From the NCBI GenBank assembly GCA_964603585.1, contig CAZRVK010000001.1, positions 438,541 through 502,540 on the forward strand: a DNA stretch of 64,000 nt. The letters are read 5' to 3'. The position numbers were made by a program, and so were the translations under genes. Numbering within the stretch: position 1 is the first letter of the stretch; each line of letters opens with the position of its first letter. This document shows positions 17,065 to 26,783 of the stretch, in pieces. The notes below the pieces were generated by a model. It did not search any database. It saw only the letters and a list, made by a program, of their open reading frames with translations, and was not told the DNA's origin. Source of the stretch: an uncultured Planctomycetales bacterium. Its GTDB lineage: Bacteria; Omnitrophota; Gorgyraeia; Gygaellales; Profunditerraquicolaceae.

Positions 17065-19968
17065 TTAATCCTTTGTGCGTTTAAGCGGGATATTATGCAC
17101 AAAAACCACACCCTCAAAAAGGGTGATTTTTTTTGTAATAGATATCTCCGGCAAATAATAAACCGGCACGGTGCTTAGATCCAGGTTTAAAATATGTTCC
17201 CCGCTGGAAACATGCGGAAAAGAATACCTGCCCCGGTCATCGGTACTACCCCGGAGCCCATTCTCCAAGGTCAGAGAAACCCCTCTTACTCCCACATCAC
17301 CGCTGGAATACCTGCCGTCGCCATCGACATCCTCAAACACAAAACCAGATATTTCAGAGCGGGCAACAAGGCCGAACTCCAACCGGGATGTCTGAAAGTT
17401 CTTTATATAGGTTGACTGTGTAGCAGGGACCGTTAAAACAAAACCTGCCGGAATAGTAGCAGTATCTATTGTTACCGGCACCAGCCGGCCGCTCACTTTC
17501 TTAAACCTGAAATAGCCAAAGATATCGGTTTCTTCCGACCGGTTCTTGCCCAGCCATATTTTTACCCCGGATATAGGCGGCTCATTATTCTCTCGTAAAC
17601 CATCGGCGTTATAATCCTTGAATACATATCCGTCAATATCGCCCTCTGACTGCCAACTTAATCCAGTATTCCAAAGATATCTGACCCCGGAATTGAAACT
17701 GCCTTCAAGGCGTTTTGTAACATTCTGATTATCTGCCCATACATTGCGCACTCTGGCAGAAGCATAAATCTCACTGCCTTCAGCCGGGCGGAAGGATAAC
17801 TCGGAATAACCTTCGATATAATCCTCCCCGGAAAGAAAACTCAAAGGTGAAGCCGTATCCTGCTCGTTACGATACGTAATACGGGTGGCATTATGGAATG
17901 GGCTTTGACCGATCTGTCCTGACCAATCAAGCCCGGTCTCATAAGCGTTGGGAAAAGTCCTGTTTTTGCTAAATCTTTCCCGCAGCCAATTCACCTCGGC
18001 GTTTGCGTAATAAAACAGATTCCGGATCAAATCAAACCTTAATCCCGCATAAATACGGTCGTTGATATAATCAGACATATGGGAGGAGAAATTAGTGTTC
18101 TCCTGATGAAAATAGGTCAAAGAAGTATTTATTTCCCGGATAAATTTAAAGCTTTTTGCCAAACCAATATCGGCATTCTGATATCTATAGCGGGATAAAC
18201 TCCCTAATCGGTTTTGTAGAGTATAGTTCAATTTAAGAGAGGTCTTAGGATCAAACTGGTATAAAAACCGCGAGGTAAAGTCTTCATTCGGGACAATGGA
18301 ATCCGCCTGTGCCGGAAAAAGCCTGTCTCTAAAAACATCCAGGCTGCTTTCAAAACTTAACTTTTCATTAAACCTGTAGTTGAGATGAAACAAACCTCCT
18401 AATTCCCCCTGGCTCCAGCTGCTGCCGGTGATACTTAAGAACTTTTTGTTAATATTCCTTATCTGCGCATCAAAATCCAGATTGGGACGGATATAATGAG
18501 TATCCAATGTATTGGCGAATGTATTGGAATCAAAAGCTACTTCCTGCCTTATTTTCCAGGCGCCTAAATCCCAGCTCCCCATAAGGTCATAGCCATAATT
18601 ATGCAAATTCTCTTCTCTATCCTGCCCCCATCCCCGTACAAAATTAAACCGGTAATTACTTCCGGCAATCGGGGAATAGTCCAAGTTTATCCCCTCAAGG
18701 AATGCATCTTTCTTCGTATTAAGGTTAAATGAAAGGTTGCCATAACTGGTAGGATTTTCTTTTCCGTGGAAAACCGTATATTTCAAATGATTATTAAATG
18801 CCGGAGAAGAAAACATTACCCCGCGTAAAGCAATCCCCGGGAATGAAAGATTAGAAAAGTACGGCGGGATATCAAAGAAATCGAACCCCCGAAGGCTGAA
18901 TCCCTGAAAAGGTCCTAATTGCCCATTAGTTAAACCCAAGGTATAGTGGCTTAATTTAGTCGCCTGGTATTGAAACTGATTAACGGAAATTGTCGAATCA
19001 AGATCGCCATAGGGGGTTTGCCCCCAAAGGCTAAGGTTATGATTATAAAAATAATCTGTCCGGCCCAAGTCCCTGAAACTCCGGCCTTTTTCGAATAATG
19101 ACCAGTCCATGGAATAAAGCACTTTAAAATTTTCCGCTAACTCTTCGGCCTGGCGCATCTGATCCTCTAAAGTGGGACCTTCGACCCTGGCAGGGACGAT
19201 AAGAAACTCCAAAGTCCACCGGCCATTTTCATCCCAAACATGCATATAAGTATAGCCGATCTGCCGGCCCACAACCAAAAGCTCATCAGCACCTTGCTGG
19301 ACAACCTTTAAAATATCAGGCTGAATAACCAGAAATCTTTGTATGGATTTGCCGGAAATAATTACCCCTTTGCCGAGTTCGACTTGCACAGGAGCGGTCC
19401 CTTTGCTTAAAGATTCATCTAAAATGACCATTTCCTCACTGATCTCTGGAGGCTCTTCTTCCATAGTAACAGGGGGATCTATTCCCCCCTCACCAGTAAC
19501 GGCTACTTCCTGGCTCAACATCTGACTGCCTAAGACCTCTGTCTGAATAAGATGCGAAGGATCTGCCGGTTGTTTTAAGACCGGGTTTAGCGAATGGGTT
19601 TCTTTGCCTAAGATCAACTGCTCGATCATGATCAATTCACGATCCACGATCTCTTTTTTCTCCGATAAAGGTATTGATGGCACATCCGCAACCCGAGCCT
19701 TAGCGGCCTCGGACTTGCCAGTTTTTTGTTTGATCGCACGGATCTTCTGAATATAATCTTGAGCCGGCTTATATCCCGGGAATATTATCAATGCCTTTTT
19801 GAATTCATCCAGGGCATAATCATATAAACCTTGTTTGTAAAGCCTGGCTCCTTCCTCACAAAGAAATTCGTGCACTGATGCTGCATGGGCGGGAAATACA
19901 AAAATAAGGGTCAGGACTAAAACTGCAGAACAAAGGAAGGTTTTCTTCATTATGTTACTTAAACTCAC
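17065..19968 (-). CDS. large outer-membrane usher-like protein (TPR-like plus pilus-N-like N-terminal domains, beta-barrel, two C-terminal Cna-B/SdrD-B-like domains)
   Basis: 967 aa with a signal peptide. GKSIQRFLVIQPDILKVVQQGADELLVVGRQIGYTYMHVW resembles a secretin/pilus-N domain. The long middle is aromatic-rich and beta-strand-like. The C-terminus has GYVFKDYNADGLRENNEPPISGVKIWL and GFVFEDVDGDGRYSSGDVGVRGVSLTL. Overlaps the chaperone-like gene by 14 bp. Confidence 0.45.
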   Translation of the reverse strand: MSLSNIMKKTFLCSAVLVLTLIFVFPAHAASVHEFLCEEGARLYKQGLYDYALDEFKKALIIFPGYKPAQDYIQKIRAIKQKTGKSEAAKARVADVPSIPLSEKKEIVDRELIMIEQLILGKETHSLNPVLKQPADPSHLIQTEVLGSQMLSQEVAVTGEGGIDPPVTMEEEPPEISEEMVILDESLSKGTAPVQVELGKGVIISGKSIQRFLVIQPDILKVVQQGADELLVVGRQIGYTYMHVWDENGRWTLEFLIVPARVEGPTLEDQMRQAEELAENFKVLYSMDWSLFEKGRSFRDLGRTDYFYNHNLSLWGQTPYGDLDSTISVNQFQYQATKLSHYTLGLTNGQLGPFQGFSLRGFDFFDIPPYFSNLSFPGIALRGVMFSSPAFNNHLKYTVFHGKENPTSYGNLSFNLNTKKDAFLEGINLDYSPIAGSNYRFNFVRGWGQDREENLHNYGYDLMGSWDLGAWKIRQEVAFDSNTFANTLDTHYIRPNLDFDAQIRNINKKFLSITGSSWSQGELGGLFHLNYRFNEKLSFESSLDVFRDRLFPAQADSIVPNEDFTSRFLYQFDPKTSLKLNYTLQNRLGSLSRYRYQNADIGLAKSFKFIREINTSLTYFHQENTNFSSHMSDYINDRIYAGLRFDLIRNLFYYANAEVNWLRERFSKNRTFPNAYETGLDWSGQIGQSPFHNATRITYRNEQDTASPLSFLSGEDYIEGYSELSFRPAEGSEIYASARVRNVWADNQNVTKRLEGSFNSGVRYLWNTGLSWQSEGDIDGYVFKDYNADGLRENNEPPISGVKIWLGKNRSEETDIFGYFRFKKVSGRLVPVTIDTATIPAGFVLTVPATQSTYIKNFQTSRLEFGLVARSEISGFVFEDVDGDGRYSSGDVGVRGVSLTLENGLRGSTDDRGRYSFPHVSSGEHILNLDLSTVPVYYLPEISITKKITLFEGVVFVHNIPLKRTKD

Positions 19969-20848
19969 CTACTTTTACCGATCCTCCTTCTCCAATCTCC
20001 ATTTCTGCTTCTTTTACTATTACCGGGCCTCTGCCTGTTCCGGCTTCTTCCAATGCTTTGCCTAAATTAAAAGTAAGGATTAAATGATACTTACCCTTTG
20101 GCAAAGCTTCTTTCCACGTAGCAGAAAGAAGCGCACTATCGCCCGGGAATGTATAGATATCTTTAAACTCACCCCTGGCCAATACCATATTTTTCTCATC
20201 CAGAATATTGAAATTCCCTCCGGCAGTAATATCAACGTTGCCGGTATTCTTGAACTTTATTGAGATCAAAAAAGGATCGTCGGAAGTTGTGTGCTCGACA
20301 CTGTAATCACTTAATTGACCTGTCCGGTTCAAGGAACCTTCTGCCTCTATATAAAACAAAGTAGCGACCCTGATAGCAATATTCATGCCGACTTTAAGGC
20401 CACCCTGCTCGGGCCCGGGATTATTGAATACACTCTCAAAAAATAAAACCGCATAGTACCCCCCTTTTGCCTCGGGAGGAACCCTGACAGAATATTTAAG
20501 TTTTTGTTTGCTAAAAGGCTCCAGAGTAAACTCGGCGGGAGAAAAACTTATCCAGGTAGCAGCAGATAAAGGAGTTGTTCCGGCAGGGAGAAATTCCTTT
20601 GTGCCATCGGCAGGCGGCAAATAACGCCAATCCTCAAGATACGCCCGAATGCTCCTGGTCTCCGAAGTAACATTCTCGATATTTATCTCCCCGTAACCAC
20701 TCTCACCGGGAGAAATAGAAAGCCTGATCTTGGACTGATCGATATACGGTAGCTCGATCGCCTGGGCAAATTGATAAAAGCCGATGAAAAGAAAAATAAA
20801 GAATATCCCTGTACTTATGATCTTGTATCCCTTGATTTTTCCTCTCAT
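19955..20848 (-). CDS. periplasmic pilus chaperone-like protein (PapD/CsuC-like fold inferred)
   Basis: 297 aa with a signal peptide. N-terminal IRLSISPGESGYGEINIENVTSETRSIRAYLEDW fits the PapD_N-type pattern. Sits between the pilin and the usher-like gene. Confidence 0.4.
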   Translation of the reverse strand: MRGKIKGYKIISTGIFFIFLFIGFYQFAQAIELPYIDQSKIRLSISPGESGYGEINIENVTSETRSIRAYLEDWRYLPPADGTKEFLPAGTTPLSAATWISFSPAEFTLEPFSKQKLKYSVRVPPEAKGGYYAVLFFESVFNNPGPEQGGLKVGMNIAIRVATLFYIEAEGSLNRTGQLSDYSVEHTTSDDPFLISIKFKNTGNVDITAGGNFNILDEKNMVLARGEFKDIYTFPGDSALLSATWKEALPKGKYHLILTFNLGKALEEAGTGRGPVIVKEAEMEIGEGGSVKVGEFK

Positions 20849-20882
20849 CGGCTTCCCTCGATCAATAATATTGTGTTAATGC

Positions 20883-21479
20883 TTACGGTGAAAGCGTTAA
20901 AGTTACCGTGCCGGTGTATGCACCGATGGCTTTTGTTGAAGTAATCACCGATACACCTGAAGCATCACCGCTTCCTGAAGCCAAGGCATAGTATATCCGT
21001 AATCTGGCACCAGACAGATCAGAACTATTGATAATCTTGCTATTACTGTTTTCATAACTAATATAGCCGTTTGTAAGCTGCGTCTCGGCATTTGTTGAGT
21101 TATCCACCTTGACAAATTTTACATTGGTATGGCCATTCAAGGTTTGTGCCGGAGTAGTCGTGTTGGCGAAATTTGTCCTGGTATGAGTTATAGACCAGCT
21201 GCTATGGTTGGAAACTACCGGGGCATCGACGTAAAAATAGGCATCGGAACGAAAATTATTATCCGCGCCCTTTACCAGTGTCCCAAAATCCATACCGATT
21301 CCGGTTAGATCTGCGATTGGGGTATAAACACTGCCCACGATCTTCATCAGGCTAACATTCATTTGATGCACCTCGCCGATATTGGCGGCGATCTTGATAT
21401 TCGTCGCAGCAAAACCAACAGATGCCAGACAAGTTATCAATAACGATACCACAGTAAACAAAAAGATCTTTTTCCTCAT
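20883..21479 (-). CDS. SCPU (spore coat protein U/Csu)-type pilin subunit
   Basis: 198 aa with a signal peptide. C-terminus GAYTGTVTLTLSP matches the SCPU G-x-Y-x-d-T-v-t-v-t-v signature. An internal DFGTL motif resembles that of CsuA/B. Confidence 0.5.
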   Translation of the reverse strand: MRKKIFLFTVVSLLITCLASVGFAATNIKIAANIGEVHQMNVSLMKIVGSVYTPIADLTGIGMDFGTLVKGADNNFRSDAYFYVDAPVVSNHSSWSITHTRTNFANTTTPAQTLNGHTNVKFVKVDNSTNAETQLTNGYISYENSNSKIINSSDLSGARLRIYYALASGSGDASGVSVITSTKAIGAYTGTVTLTLSP

Positions 21480-21543
21480 TGCCCCCTCCTTATTTTTGTT
21501 AAAACATCTTCTCCGTTTAAAACTTTTTTATCCCTCCTTTTTT

Positions 21544-22953
21544 CTATATTTCTGACAAAGAATACGTGACATTGGTCGAATAATCACCCGCCTTTGCATC
21601 CTTTGGACATTCTAATTCATAAATGATCTTAAACTTATCCGAAGAACCCTGATTGTCAGAGGCAAATAAAACAACATTCCCGGATCTCACTTCCTGCCTT
21701 TTAGGGAACTTTAAAGTCCCTTTTGTCGAGAGGCTTTCCGTCCAGAAGGTAAAATACCGATCCGGTATAATATCACCCTGCTTATTAGTAAGAGCCGAAG
21801 TTATCCCCTGGATCACTTGATAGGGTTTACCGATATTAGTCCGCGTTTCAAAAATAACTGCATTCTGCTTCGGAGGAGTAAGCGGGGTAAGGTTAGAAAA
21901 TTCAATGGCATACTTCTGATTTTCTGGCGCAACGGTAAAATCGAACATCCGCTCATTATTCACTTCAATTTGCAAAGTATCGATCTTCTTCTGGGCAGTG
22001 CGCTCTTCTAAAATGAACTGAACCCTCCCAAGATATTTCCCGGCTTTCTGACTGGATATATCACCCAACTGATAAAGTAAAACAAATTCATTATCATATA
22101 CCCCGGGGGCAGATGATGTATAAATGTCCTGCGGCTGTAAGGTCAACGGCGTAAAACGATTTATCGATACGCCTTTTTGTGCATTTTGGATCATAAAATT
22201 TACTGTCCCGTCATTCAGGCGGCTGCCTTCTGCGGATTCAAGGGACTGCGATAAGGATTGGCTAATACTAAAAGGTTCCTTATAAACCCCTTTTATCCTA
22301 ATTAAAACCTCCGCTTTCTGCACTCCATCTTTCTTTGAATTAAGGACAACCTGCCTTGCTCCTCCCGGAGTGATGATTTCAATAGTAGATTTTGCCGAGG
22401 GATTAATATTAACCATAACATCAAGTATTTTAGTGACTTGCTGTCTATTCGATCCAATAGGATTTAAAATAAAACCGATGCGCCCAGAATAATAGCCTGG
22501 TTCTATGTTCTCGATATTCTTTATCCCGTAAACCAAACTGAAAGTATCCGCCTCTCCTGTGGGAGCCGAGACATAAATCACATCATCGGACCTTACCGGA
22601 TGCTCATTGGACATAAACCGGAGATTCCCGAATTTATTACTGCCTCTTAAAGCATAAACGACAAAATTATCCCGAATAACTATCCCGGGATTCTGGTTAT
22701 TCTCCAATGGTTTAATTATTTTCTGGATAACTTCGTAACGGGTGGAGACATTAGAATTTACCTCTAAATTCAACCCCCGGTAAAGCCGTGATTGGTCAAA
22801 TTCTAAACGGAAACCGCCTTCGGTAAGATTAAAAGACAGATCGAAATTATCACTGGCACTGGCAGACAAGAAAACAAGAAGAGAAAAACAAATGAATGCA
22901 AGAGATCCGATTATTCCCGTGGCTTTTCTCACTATATACACCTTTTTGCACAA
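21544..22953 (-). CDS. three-domain SCPU-like secreted protein (putative tip adhesin)
   Basis: 469 aa with a signal peptide. Three repeats each end in an SCPU-like strand (GYYSGRIGFILNP, GKYLGRVQFILEE, GDYSTNVTYSLSEI). First gene of the cluster. Confidence 0.42.
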   Translation of the reverse strand: MCKKVYIVRKATGIIGSLAFICFSLLVFLSASASDNFDLSFNLTEGGFRLEFDQSRLYRGLNLEVNSNVSTRYEVIQKIIKPLENNQNPGIVIRDNFVVYALRGSNKFGNLRFMSNEHPVRSDDVIYVSAPTGEADTFSLVYGIKNIENIEPGYYSGRIGFILNPIGSNRQQVTKILDVMVNINPSAKSTIEIITPGGARQVVLNSKKDGVQKAEVLIRIKGVYKEPFSISQSLSQSLESAEGSRLNDGTVNFMIQNAQKGVSINRFTPLTLQPQDIYTSSAPGVYDNEFVLLYQLGDISSQKAGKYLGRVQFILEERTAQKKIDTLQIEVNNERMFDFTVAPENQKYAIEFSNLTPLTPPKQNAVIFETRTNIGKPYQVIQGITSALTNKQGDIIPDRYFTFWTESLSTKGTLKFPKRQEVRSGNVVLFASDNQGSSDKFKIIYELECPKDAKAGDYSTNVTYSLSEI

Positions 22954-23189
22954 TCCCTGAACAATAAACCCGTGTTAATGCCTTTTAAGAAGAATAAAGT
23001 ATAGAGAAATGGCTTTAAGGATGATCAATAGATGACTTAGGTATAATTAATAATTTTAACATATAAGTTTAATATGTCAACGAATACTTTATAAAATTGT
23101 TTATAAATTGTTTTATATCTCGATCCTTAAGCAATAAGACATTGCCGCATAAAGGATTACAATTATATGGTTCAGGGGTTAAGAAACAT

Positions 23190-23579
23190 TTAGTTTTGTA
23201 TTCGCGGTTTTATTTCGCCTTTTTGGACCTTATCCAGGAAAGCGTCCAGAAGCTCATCCGCTTCTTCCAGGCTGGCAAGCAAATTATCAGAAAGGATCTT
23301 AACCGATTCAAAAACCAGCTTTATCTGCTCTTGGGGATTAACCAGCATAAACGATCCGCCTTTTTCCTCTACTATTTTCTTCGCCTTAAATAATGTTCTT
23401 AGCCCCATACTACTGATATAGGTGAGATCTTTTAGTTCAAAGATTATTGCGGCAGCAGAAGGAAGGATACGAATAACCTCTTTTTCAAGGATATCGTAAG
23501 TAGTAGTATTAAGCTCTCCCGCCAAGGTAAACAAAAAAACCTTATCTCTTGTTTCTTTAGTCGATATCTCCAGTGGCAT
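23190..23579 (-). CDS. STAS-domain anti-sigma-factor antagonist
   Basis: SpoIIAA-like, with the conserved phosphorylatable Ser region DLTYISSMGLRTL. Confidence 0.7.
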   Translation of the reverse strand: MPLEISTKETRDKVFLFTLAGELNTTTYDILEKEVIRILPSAAAIIFELKDLTYISSMGLRTLFKAKKIVEEKGGSFMLVNPQEQIKLVFESVKILSDNLLASLEEADELLDAFLDKVQKGEIKPRIQN

Positions 23580-23688
23580 GCTCTTTAGTTTTTATATAAC
23601 CCTGTTTTCAGTGAGTGATAAAGCGCATGTATTATAGATATTATACAACTCATTTAAATATTTAGCAATACCTTTAAAGACCGTAATT

Positions 23689-24075
23689 TCATCCACGGTC
23701 CGTTTTCTCTGCCATTTGGATCGCGGTCTTTAATGCAGACTCCGAATCGGTAAATACGCCGGCCTTCGGGATATATGCAAACACCCCGAGGTCCTCGGTC
23801 GCTTCCATAGAGCGCTTGTCAGGGGATGTGGTAAACATGATGACAGGCACTTTTTTATCTATACTGCGCAGATGCTTTAATGTATCAATACCATCCATAC
23901 CCGGCATTAAATAATCCAGGACGATCAACCCTACTTTACTATTAGTAACGGTATCAACCGCATCCTTCCCGCTAAAAACGGAAATTACCTCATACCCCCA
24001 AGAATGTATCTTCCTGGACAAAAGCCCAGAAAAATCCTTATCGTCGTCAACAATCAATATTTTCAGATTATCCAT
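23689..24075 (-). CDS. single-domain response regulator (receiver)
   Basis: ILIVDDD...LIVLDYLMPGMDG and a conserved K signature. No output domain. Confidence 0.8.
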   Translation of the reverse strand: MDNLKILIVDDDKDFSGLLSRKIHSWGYEVISVFSGKDAVDTVTNSKVGLIVLDYLMPGMDGIDTLKHLRSIDKKVPVIMFTTSPDKRSMEATEDLGVFAYIPKAGVFTDSESALKTAIQMAEKTDRG

Positions 24076-24087
24076 AAGTCCCCTCCC

Positions 24088-25356
24088 TCAAGGTATTACA
24101 GGCAACTGAATAGTAAAGGTTGCCCCTTTTCCGATACTACTTTCAACACTTATACTACCCTTGTATTGGTTGATTATCCCGTAAACCATGGCAAGGCCCA
24201 GGCCTAAACCTTCCCCTGCATTCTTTGTAGTAAAAAATACCTCCCCTGCCCTTTTCAGGTCTTCCTGCTTAAAACCAACACCTGTATCCTTAAAAACAAT
24301 TTTTACTACCTCATCTTTTTCCATATATTCTGTACTGATTGTAAGCTTGCCTTGTTTAGGCACCGCATCGATTGAATTCAGGATAAAAGCTAAAAAAACC
24401 TCCTGTAAATCATCACCGCCTGTATTAATAAACGGTAAATGCGGATCAAACACCTTTTCAATTTCTACATTTGAATAACGTAAGATCGGATTTGCCAGGT
24501 CCAAGGCATCATCAATGGCTTTATTTATATTTGTCGGCCTCAAATCATGCCCAGATTCTTTAGAGAATTTTCCCAATCTTTTTACCAAATCGATACTCTT
24601 CTGCTGCATTTTTTCAATTGTCTTTAACATATCGCGCCTGGCACCATCATCGCCGGCCTGCTCTAATAATATCTGTGTGTATCCCTCGGCGTTTGTCAGA
24701 TTATTCAACAAGTCATGCGCCGTATTGCACACAAGATACCCGGTCAAGGTAAGCTTATGTGTGTTACGCAAAGCATCTTCCTGGCGTTTTCTCTGCAGGA
24801 ACCCTATAACTGCAGAAGAGTGGGCGCTGAAATATCCAAAAGCGAATAGGAATGCTATATTACCAATTAGAAGGCTTATAAGCTGCGAAGCAGGCATCCT
24901 ATAACCATATTGGGATGTGGGCGGCAATATCCCAGAATATTCGAATGCTACGATCAAGGAAAAGAAAAATGAAGATGCGATCACTGCGAATAATACGGCG
25001 TGAGTCGTAGAGGCAAACCCCGCCCATAAGATAACAGCATAATAAGCTATACTGATAATGGGGGCATCGATCCCTCCCATGTAATAAATTATCCAGGAAA
25101 TAGAAACAATATCCGTTAACATCTGATAATATTGGAATCTTAAGATATCAACCTTCTTAAGGATAAAAGGATACGGTTGGTTTAGAACCGCTTCGATGAA
25201 GATAAAAGCAAGGAATGCGGCATTTATTTGTGCATATCCGCCAATAAACTTCAGTAACAACAAGAAGGATAACAACAGGGAAAAACTTATGAAGCGGATC
25301 ATCCCTGCCAGCCGGTATTTCTTTATCAACTCATCCTTAAGATCTTTCGCTATCAT
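24088..25356 (-). CDS. membrane sensor histidine kinase
   Basis: Multi-TM N-terminus. H-box region TAHDLLNN. HATPase_c G-boxes (GEGLGLGLAMVYGII, GKGATFTIQLP). Confidence 0.8.
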   Translation of the reverse strand: MIAKDLKDELIKKYRLAGMIRFISFSLLLSFLLLLKFIGGYAQINAAFLAFIFIEAVLNQPYPFILKKVDILRFQYYQMLTDIVSISWIIYYMGGIDAPIISIAYYAVILWAGFASTTHAVLFAVIASSFFFSLIVAFEYSGILPPTSQYGYRMPASQLISLLIGNIAFLFAFGYFSAHSSAVIGFLQRKRQEDALRNTHKLTLTGYLVCNTAHDLLNNLTNAEGYTQILLEQAGDDGARRDMLKTIEKMQQKSIDLVKRLGKFSKESGHDLRPTNINKAIDDALDLANPILRYSNVEIEKVFDPHLPFINTGGDDLQEVFLAFILNSIDAVPKQGKLTISTEYMEKDEVVKIVFKDTGVGFKQEDLKRAGEVFFTTKNAGEGLGLGLAMVYGIINQYKGSISVESSIGKGATFTIQLPVIP

Positions 25357-25507
25357 CGTCAGGCCCCTCTCCGCATTATACTATCTTATATAGTTGAATC
25401 AACAATAATAGTGATCCGCAAGCAATAAGAAAGGCTATAACCGCTTTTAACGATCATAGCCTTTAATTTACATTTACCCGGAGGATGCGAATACAGTTTT
25501 TCTTATA

Positions 25508-25903
25508 TTACGAATGGGATTCGATAACGCTGACAAAATTAGCTATATCCTCCCTGATCCTGTCATCCAGATTAAGGAACGCTATTCCTAAACGATAAGA
25601 ATCCTTATCGAAATTTGTATTGGAAGTTACTTTTCCCAACAGCTCCAGATCCCCATAAAATCCGCCGCTTTTGCCTACAGATTCGAATAAAGAAAACTTT
25701 ACTAAAATATCAGTCCCTACCGAAACATTGATTTTGGTCAATATCGCCATACCGCCTTCGCCAATATCAACCATCTTGGCATCGTTTTCCCCCTTATCAT
25801 CGCGGATGCGCACATCAGGGACATCGTTCTTACGGTAAACAACCGTTACCCCCAGCTTCACCCTCCGATATTTTCTTTTTTCGACTCCAGAATAGTTCGA
25901 CAT
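25508..25903 (-). CDS. PilZ domain c-di-GMP-binding protein
   Basis: RRVKL (RxxxR) and DIGEGGMAI (D-x-S/G-x-GG) motifs. Confidence 0.65.
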   Translation of the reverse strand: MSNYSGVEKRKYRRVKLGVTVVYRKNDVPDVRIRDDKGENDAKMVDIGEGGMAILTKINVSVGTDILVKFSLFESVGKSGGFYGDLELLGKVTSNTNFDKDSYRLGIAFLNLDDRIREDIANFVSVIESHS

Positions 25904-26072
25904 ATACCCCTGCTAATTTTGGGCTATTATTGCCTTTTTATCCTCCCCCATAAAGGCTGCTATTTGCCTTGAATCCGGAGGTATTTCTTTTGTGTTTAAT
26001 TTGCATTATAAGACTTAATGCCGATCTTATCAAGTAAATTTACGATAAAAATATTAAACATAACAACCTTAT

Positions 26073-26783
26073 TCATACTTGCAAACTATCCCCTTCTTTT
26101 ATTCGCATAAATCCCTGTCCAAATAATTTACGCATTGCCTCTGTCGCCCGTTCACCAGTACAATGCATCGGACCAATCTTTCGGATGCCAAGCTTCTGGA
26201 TCTCCTTAATAACACTCATATTAATTTCGTCAGCGTTATCTTTTAAATGAAAACCGCCAATAAGCGAATAAACGCTTGTTTGAAGATTCTCTTTAGTTTG
26301 CCTTACGATATTTACTACTCCCGGGTGTGCACAGCCACAGATTACCGCCAGGCCATAAGTTGTCTTTATTACGACAGACTGCTCATAAATCTTTCTGCCT
26401 TCTGATTCTCCGTAAAGCTGTCCTGTAGAATAGATACTGTCTTTAATCTGCATCATCCCTTCTACTTCGATAAGCTTAACCCCAGTTGAGACAATTTTGT
26501 CTTTTATTCCCTGCTTAAATCCATGGCAAACGTATACCGTAATATATTCCCGATTATCTATCAGGCTCCACAAACCTGCGATATGATCCCAGTCATCGTG
26601 TGATAAAATAATGTGCTTGATTTTTGCGGTATTGATATTAAACTTTTGAATATTATTGAAAAACACACCCGGATCGCCAAAGGCATCAAAAATCAGGTCA
26701 TCTCCAATGAGAAACGAAACACCCCACCTGCGGATAGACCTTTCAAACTTGCTTGAACCTGTAGCGATAACTTTTATTTGCAC
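26073..26783 (-). CDS. MBL-fold metallo-hydrolase
   Basis: HxHxDH-type motif (ILSHDDWDHIAGL) and downstream His/Asp ligands. Confidence 0.7.
   Translation of the reverse strand: MQIKVIATGSSKFERSIRRWGVSFLIGDDLIFDAFGDPGVFFNNIQKFNINTAKIKHIILSHDDWDHIAGLWSLIDNREYITVYVCHGFKQGIKDKIVSTGVKLIEVEGMMQIKDSIYSTGQLYGESEGRKIYEQSVVIKTTYGLAVICGCAHPGVVNIVRQTKENLQTSVYSLIGGFHLKDNADEINMSVIKEIQKLGIRKIGPMHCTGERATEAMRKLFGQGFMRIKEGDSLQV

Noticed and set aside
23097-23393. 98-aa plus-strand ORF overlapping the STAS gene
   Set aside because: It is antisense to a well-supported STAS-domain gene and has no motif support.
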